Assembly: GCA_038245905.1 (NCBI GenBank)
Contig: JBBRRY010000007.1
Location: 32,001-96,000 of the forward strand
Reading direction: 5' to 3'
DNA: 64,000 nucleotides
DNA from: Thermoanaerobaculia bacterium
Lineage (GTDB): Bacteria; Acidobacteriota; Thermoanaerobaculia; UBA5066
In this document: positions 58,973-64,000 of the stretch, one piece after another
Position numbering within the stretch: the stretch's first letter is position 1
How the letters are laid out: every line of letters starts with the position of its first letter
Notes under the pieces: model-generated
What the model was told of the DNA's origin: nothing
Databases searched by the model: none
Seen by the model: the letters and a program-made list of their open reading frames with translations, nothing else
Position numbers and translations under genes: made by a program

Positions 58973-59015
58973 AGGTTCCACCCCTGCAGCGGTGGCTGCC
59001 GCTAGACTCCGGCGG

Positions 59016-60800
59016 GTGAGCGTTTCCCCTACGGCCGCCGGCCTCGACGTGCTTCTGTCGGAGGGCGGGAGGACGGCAGAGGTTCTTCGCGGGAAGAAGC
59101 TCGGCCTCCTCGCGAATGCGGCCTCGGCGACCGCCGGCTTTGATTCCGCCGCCCGCGCGCTTCTCTGCGCGGGATACGACGTGCGCGTTCTCTTCGGCCC
59201 CGAGCACGGGTTCTGGGGGGCGGCCCAGGACATGGAGGCCGTCGCGTCCGGAGAGCCTTCGCGCATTCCGGTCGTGTCTCTCTACGGCTCCACGCTCGAG
59301 GATCTCTCCCCGAGGCCCGAGCACCTCGCCGGTCTCGAAGCCGTCGTCTCGGACCTGCCCGACGTCGGCAGCCGCTATTACACCTTCGTCTGGACGACGG
59401 CGTTGATGATGAAGGCCTGTGCGGCGCGCGGAATCCCCGTCTTCGTCCTCGACCGGCCGAACCCGCTCGGCGGGGAGATCGTCGAGGGGAACCTGCCCGA
59501 GGAAGAGCTCCTTTCCTTCGTCGGCCTCTACCCGGTGCCGGCTCGCCATGGGATGACACCGGGGGAGGTCGCGTGGTTCGTGAATGCCGAGTACGGGCTG
59601 GGTTGCGACCTCACGGTCGTGCCGATGAAACGCGACGGGCGGGCCGCGTCGCGGACGGAGCTCGCGGACACGGGTGCCTGGGTGCTGCCCTCCCCGAACA
59701 TGCCGACGCCGGAAACCGCGGCGGTCTATCCCGGAGGCTGCCTCGTCGAGGGGACGAATCTCTCCGAAGGCCGGGGCACGACGCGGCCCTTCGAACTCCT
59801 CGGCGCGCCATGGCTCGACGCCGACGAGGCGGCCGACGCCGGGAACGGCCTCAGCTTGCCCGGCGTCAACTTTCGCCCTCACGTTTTCAGGCCCACGTTT
59901 CAGAAGCACGCGGGGAAAACCTGCGGCGGCGTGCAGGTACACGTAACGGAGAGAGCGACGTTCCGTCCGTACGAGACGTATCTCCGGCTCCTGAAGGCGC
60001 TCCGCGACCTGGACCCGGAACGCTTCCGCTGGCGGACGGAGAAATACGAGTACCGCGACGACGTTCCGGCGATCGACCTCCTTGCGGGCACGGCGACGTA
60101 CCGCAAGCTCGTGGACGAGGGCGCGAGTCTGGACTCCTGGATCGCGTCGTTCCGCGAAGACCAGAAGCACTTCGAAGCGCGACGCGGCCCTCACCTGCTC
60201 TATCCCACTCGAAGAAATTCTCCTTCGGTTCTTCTCGTCACGGGTGCGCACGAGTCGGGCAAGACGACGGTCGCGGTGCAGCTCATCGAGGCGCTCGCGA
60301 AGGAAGGCCTGAGAGTCGGATCGCTCAAGCACACGGACCACGAATACGAGACGGACATGGAGGGCAAGGACTCGCAGCGCCACAAGGCGGCGGGCGCGGA
60401 GCCGTCGGTGCTGGTGGCGGGACGGCGCAGTGCGGTGCACAGAGGACCGCGAGAGATTCTTGCTTCGGACCCGATCGCGGGCGCGGCCGGAGCAAACGCC
60501 CGGCCTGCTCTATCCGTTTTCTTAGAAGGGGAATATGGCCTTGGAGAGTGCGACGTCGTCCTGGTCGAAGGGTTCCGGAGCGAGCCATATCCGAAGATCG
60601 AGGTGTGCCGCGCGGCCACGGGCCGCGCGCCTCTCTGCGAAAACGACCCGAACGTCCTCGCCGTCGTCACGGACCGGTCCACGCAGCACGCCTCATCCGT
60701 TCCCCGATTCACCTTCAAAGAAATCCCTTCCCTCGTTCTCTTTCTAAAGAAGTCCCCCGTCTTCTCTTCTCTCTTTTCTTCTCTCTTCGGAGCACCATGA
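59016..60800 (+). CDS. Fusion of NamZ/DUF1343 exo-beta-N-acetylmuramidase and MobB
   Basis: LFGPEHG, DVGSRYYTF, LDRPNPLGG, RHGMTPGE, PSPNMP, SEGRGTTRPFE, ..LLY. The frame continues into GAHESGKTT, LKHTDH, GKDSQRH..AGA, VLVEGF. Confidence 0.88.
   Translation: MSVSPTAAGLDVLLSEGGRTAEVLRGKKLGLLANAASATAGFDSAARALLCAGYDVRVLFGPEHGFWGAAQDMEAVASGEPSRIPVVSLYGSTLEDLSPRPEHLAGLEAVVSDLPDVGSRYYTFVWTTALMMKACAARGIPVFVLDRPNPLGGEIVEGNLPEEELLSFVGLYPVPARHGMTPGEVAWFVNAEYGLGCDLTVVPMKRDGRAASRTELADTGAWVLPSPNMPTPETAAVYPGGCLVEGTNLSEGRGTTRPFELLGAPWLDADEAADAGNGLSLPGVNFRPHVFRPTFQKHAGKTCGGVQVHVTERATFRPYETYLRLLKALRDLDPERFRWRTEKYEYRDDVPAIDLLAGTATYRKLVDEGASLDSWIASFREDQKHFEARRGPHLLYPTRRNSPSVLLVTGAHESGKTTVAVQLIEALAKEGLRVGSLKHTDHEYETDMEGKDSQRHKAAGAEPSVLVAGRRSAVHRGPREILASDPIAGAAGANARPALSVFLEGEYGLGECDVVLVEGFRSEPYPKIEVCRAATGRAPLCENDPNVLAVVTDRSTQHASSVPRFTFKEIPSLVLFLKKSPVFSSLFSSLFGAP
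60198..60790. repeat. Dispersed motif cluster 7 (inside namZ-mobB)
   Basis: - core 60208-60216. + cores 60461-60469 (TGCTTCGGA variant as at 4157) and 60519-60527 (GTTTTCTTAGAAGGGGAA). - cores 60714-60722 and 60742-60750. Pyrimidine run to 60788. Confidence 0.78.
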
Positions 60801-61750
60801 AAGCCATCCTCGTTCCGAAACCCGGAGGACCCGAAGCGCTCGTGTGGGGGGATGCGCCCGATCCGGTGCCGGGTCCCGGCGAGGTCGTCGTCCGCGTGCG
60901 CGCGACGGCGGTGAACCGCGCCGACCTTCTGCAGTCGCAGGGGAAGTATCCGCCGCCCCCCGGCGCCTCCGAAATCCTCGGACTCGAGGCGGCGGGCGAA
61001 GTCGAGGGCTCCGGCAATCGCGTCTTCTTCCTCCTCGCCGGTGGTGGCTACGCCCAGAGGGTGGCCGTTCCGCGTTCCATGCTCATGCCGATTCCGGGCG
61101 CCCTCTCGTTCGCGGACGCGGCCGCGATCCCCGAGGCCTGGTTCACCGCATACCTGAACCTGTTTCAGGAGGGCGGCCTGAAGGCGGGAGAGCGCGTGCT
61201 CGTACACGCGGCCGGGTCGGGGGTCGGGACGGCCGCAATTCAGCTCGCGAAGCGGGCGGGAGCCTCCGTCGTCGCGACGGCGCGCAGCGCGACGAAATGC
61301 CGGGCGCTGGCGGCGCTCGGCGCGGATCTCGCGGTGGACACGTCGCGCGAGGAGTTCCTGAGCCGCATCGAGCAGACCTTCGGAAAGGAATCGATCGACC
61401 TCGTCCTTGACCCCGTAGGCGGCGCCCTCTTCGCACCGAACCTCAAGTGCCTCCGCCGAGGAGGTCGCATCGTCCTCATCGCGAGCATGGCAGGCCCGTC
61501 CGCCGAGATCGACCTCCGGATGGTTCTTGCCAAGCGTCTCCGGATCATCGGGTCGACGCTGCGAAGCCGGCCGCTCGAGGAGAAGGTGGCCCTGACGGAG
61601 GCCTTCGTGAAGGACGTCCTGCCCGGCTTCTCGGACGGATCGCTCGTTCCGGTCGTGGACCGGACGTTTCCGCTTGCCGAGGCCGCGGACGCCCACCGCC
61701 GCATGGCCGCAAACGAGAACGTCGGGAAGATCGTGCTGGTCGCGGACTGA
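60797..61750 (+). CDS. NAD(P)H-quinone oxidoreductase, PIG3 family
   Basis: VNRADLLQ..GKYPPPPGASEILGLE, HAAGSGVG, GSTLRSR, GKIVL. Confidence 0.93.
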   Translation: MKAILVPKPGGPEALVWGDAPDPVPGPGEVVVRVRATAVNRADLLQSQGKYPPPPGASEILGLEAAGEVEGSGNRVFFLLAGGGYAQRVAVPRSMLMPIPGALSFADAAAIPEAWFTAYLNLFQEGGLKAGERVLVHAAGSGVGTAAIQLAKRAGASVVATARSATKCRALAALGADLAVDTSREEFLSRIEQTFGKESIDLVLDPVGGALFAPNLKCLRRGGRIVLIASMAGPSAEIDLRMVLAKRLRIIGSTLRSRPLEEKVALTEAFVKDVLPGFSDGSLVPVVDRTFPLAEAADAHRRMAANENVGKIVLVAD

Positions 61751-61754
61751 CCGC

Positions 61755-62414
61755 GTGGCGTCCATCCCGTTCCCTCCGCGCGCGGTGGTCTTCGATCTCG
61801 ACGGCACGCTCGTGGACGCCTACGCGGCGATCCACGAGTCGCTCGGCGTCGTTCTCGCGGCGTTCGGCCGGCCGCCCGTCACGCGCGACGAGACGCGCCG
61901 GATGGTGGGCCACGGCCTCGAGGTCCTCATCGCGGATGCCGTGGGCAGCGAGAACGTCGCCGAGGGCGTGCGCCTGTTCCGCGAGCGCTACGAGAGAGTC
62001 GGGCTCGAGTCGACGCGCCTCCTCCCGGGCGCCGAGAGCGTCACGCGGATCCTCTTCGAGAGCGGGATCCTTCTCGCGATCGCGTCCAACAAGCCCGCGC
62101 GCTTCACGCGGCCCCTCCTCGAGGGGCTCGGCATCGCGGGGCGCTTCGACTTCGTCGCGGGACCGGACGACGGCTTTCCGCCCAAGCCCGCGCCGCACAT
62201 GGTCTTCATGGCGCTCAGCACGATGGGAGTCCCGGGAAAGGACGCGGTCTTCGTCGGGGACATGCCCGTGGACGTCGCGACGGCCCGCGCGGCCGAACTT
62301 CCGATCATCGCACTTCCGACGGGCAGTGCGACACGAAATGAGCTCGAAGCGTGTTCTCCGGACGCGATCGTCGAAAATCTCGAAGCGCTGTTGCCGCTGC
62401 TACTGGCCTCGTAG
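61755..62414 (+). CDS. HAD-family phosphatase (Gph-like)
   Basis: FDLDGTLVD, ASNK, KPAP, VGDMPVDV. Confidence 0.9.
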   Translation: MASIPFPPRAVVFDLDGTLVDAYAAIHESLGVVLAAFGRPPVTRDETRRMVGHGLEVLIADAVGSENVAEGVRLFRERYERVGLESTRLLPGAESVTRILFESGILLAIASNKPARFTRPLLEGLGIAGRFDFVAGPDDGFPPKPAPHMVFMALSTMGVPGKDAVFVGDMPVDVATARAAELPIIALPTGSATRNELEACSPDAIVENLEALLPLLLAS

Positions 62415-62425
62415 AATCCGGGGCT

Positions 62426-63553
62426 ATGACGCACTTCGACTCGACCGCCGGCTCTCCCGGTCAGATCCGCTTCTTCAACCCCGGCCCCGTGTGGGTACGG
62501 CCGCAGGTGATGCAGGCGCTGACCGGTCCCATGCTCTCTCATCGCTCACAGGCATTCATGGACCTCTACGGGCGCATCCAGGCGAAGCTCCCGAAGGTCT
62601 TCCGGACGGCTCGCATGGCCCACACCCTTGCGACCTCCGCGACCGGCGTCTGGGAGTCGGCGCTGGTTTCCTGCGTCGAGGGCCCGGTCCTCTCGCTCGG
62701 CAACGGCGCGTTCTCCGAGAAGTGGGGCGAGATGGCCCAGCGGCTCGGCCTCGAGACCGACATCCTCAAGGCCGAGTGGGGCAAGCCGATCTCTCCCGAC
62801 GACGTGAAGAAGAAGCTCGCGAACAAAAAGTACGTTGCCGTCACGGTCGTTCACAGCGAGACGTCGACGGGCGTCCTGAACGACCTCGCGGGGATCGCAA
62901 GAGTCGTCCGCGAGAACTCCGACGCCCTCGTCTTCGCCGATGCCGTGACCTCGGTCGCCGGAACGAAGGTCGAGACGGACGAATGGGGTCTCGACGTCGT
63001 GCTCACGGGCTCGCAGAAGGCGTTCGCGCTTCCGCCGGGCCTCGCGCTCTTCGCGATGTCCGAGCGCACGCTCGCCGCCGCCAAGAAGAAGAAATTCCGC
63101 GGTCTCTACCTCGACCTCGTCGACATCGACGCCTTTGCCCAGAAGAAGCAGACACCCACGACGCCCTGCCTGCCGCTGCTCTACGCGCTCGACGTCCAGC
63201 TCGACCACATCCTCGCGGAGGGGATCGAGAACCGTTGGGCACGGCATGCCGCCATGCGCAAGACGGTCGAGGACTGGTCGGAGAAGCACGGGTTCCGCGT
63301 CTTTGCCGAGGCCGGTGCGCACTCGCCCACGGTCTCGTCCCTCATTCCTCCGGAAGGCGTCAACGCCGAGGAGCTGAACAAGTCGCTCAAGGCCATGAAG
63401 TGGACGACGGGCTCCGGCTACGGAAAGCTCAAGGCCACGAACGTGCGGATCGGCCATATGGGTGACGTCGACGTTGCCTCCGTGGAGAACTACCTCAAGG
63501 CCCACGAGGAGGCCATCGCCGCGATGGGAAAGAAGGCCGGGAGCGCCGCGTGA
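62426..63553 (+). CDS. Class V PLP aminotransferase (serine-glyoxylate/alternative SerC type)
   Basis: FNPGP, SHRS, HSETSTG, DAVTS, GSQKAFALPPG, RIGHMG. Confidence 0.92.
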   Translation: MTHFDSTAGSPGQIRFFNPGPVWVRPQVMQALTGPMLSHRSQAFMDLYGRIQAKLPKVFRTARMAHTLATSATGVWESALVSCVEGPVLSLGNGAFSEKWGEMAQRLGLETDILKAEWGKPISPDDVKKKLANKKYVAVTVVHSETSTGVLNDLAGIARVVRENSDALVFADAVTSVAGTKVETDEWGLDVVLTGSQKAFALPPGLALFAMSERTLAAAKKKKFRGLYLDLVDIDAFAQKKQTPTTPCLPLLYALDVQLDHILAEGIENRWARHAAMRKTVEDWSEKHGFRVFAEAGAHSPTVSSLIPPEGVNAEELNKSLKAMKWTTGSGYGKLKATNVRIGHMGDVDVASVENYLKAHEEAIAAMGKKAGSAA

Positions 63554-64000
63554 CGGCGGATCGCGTCCTCATCGCCGAACCGCTCTCCGAGACCGGACTC
63601 GCCGTGCTCGCGAAAGCGGGCCTCGCGGCGGACGTACGGACCGACCTGTCCCGCGAGGCTCTTCTCCAGGCGATCGGCGACTACGACGCCCTCGTCGTGA
63701 GATCCGCGACCCAGGTGGACCGCGAGCTCCTCACCGCCGGGAAGAAGCTCCGGGTCGTCGGGCGCGCGGGCGTCGGCCTCGACAACGTGGACGTCAAGGC
63801 CGCCACCGAACGCGGGGTTCTCATCGTCAACGCTCCGTCCGGGAACGTCGTCTCCGCGGCGGAGCATGCAATCGCGATCCTGCTCGCGTTCCTGCGCAAG
63901 ATCCCCGAGGCACAGACTTCGCTGAAGGCCGGGGAATGGAAGCGTACGAAGTTCGTGGGAACGGAGCTTCAGGGAAAGACCGTGGGGCTGGTCGGCCTCG
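63550..64000 (+). CDS. serA: D-3-phosphoglycerate dehydrogenase, partial (runs off the window)
   Basis: Manual translation from GTG 63550: RVLIAEPL, YDALVVRSATQV, VGRAGVGLDNVDV, NAPSGNVVSAAEH, GTELQGKTVGLVGL. Confidence 0.95.
   Translation, partial: MTADRVLIAEPLSETGLAVLAKAGLAADVRTDLSREALLQAIGDYDALVVRSATQVDRELLTAGKKLRVVGRAGVGLDNVDVKAATERGVLIVNAPSGNVVSAAEHAIAILLAFLRKIPEAQTSLKAGEWKRTKFVGTELQGKTVGLVGL

Noticed and set aside
1-64000. CRISPR array, rRNA, prophage or defence system
   Set aside because: No regularly spaced repeats, cas, phage, integrase or recognisable defence genes were seen.

Overview
GC-rich, gene-dense bacterial chromosome segment. Gene content and style suggest Acidobacteriota, possibly Thermoanaerobaculia (inference only). 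It holds about 54 CDSs. Housekeeping and envelope genes: long-form GreA, S9 peptidase, FdhD, PBP1b, DprE1/E2-like pair, pyrE, dxs, tlyA-nadK, TamB-BamA/TamA, ribBA, mobA-moaC-moaA-mogA, serA. Also present: a tRNA-Sec (selC), an ECF sigma/cupin anti-sigma pair with a DUF4331-TPR-FpvKCDE/J-like metal-uptake operon sharing twin ECF promoters, a decayed hybrid kinase, a lower-GC S8 protease islet and a NamZ-MobB fusion. The most unusual signal is not a gene. An AT-rich asymmetric motif of about 25 bp (RRGAT(T)TTCTTHGAARGGKRAAGAGG) occurs about 20 times in 7 clusters 5-14 kb apart. It mostly forms convergent pairs 87-105 bp apart and is usually overprinted on coding sequence, where it forces rare codons. 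It is a candidate chromosome-organising or protein-binding site system. Many genes look leaderless (TANNNT 5-9 nt before the start codon). No CRISPR array, rRNA, integrase or transposase was seen. All family calls come from motifs read by eye, not database searches.
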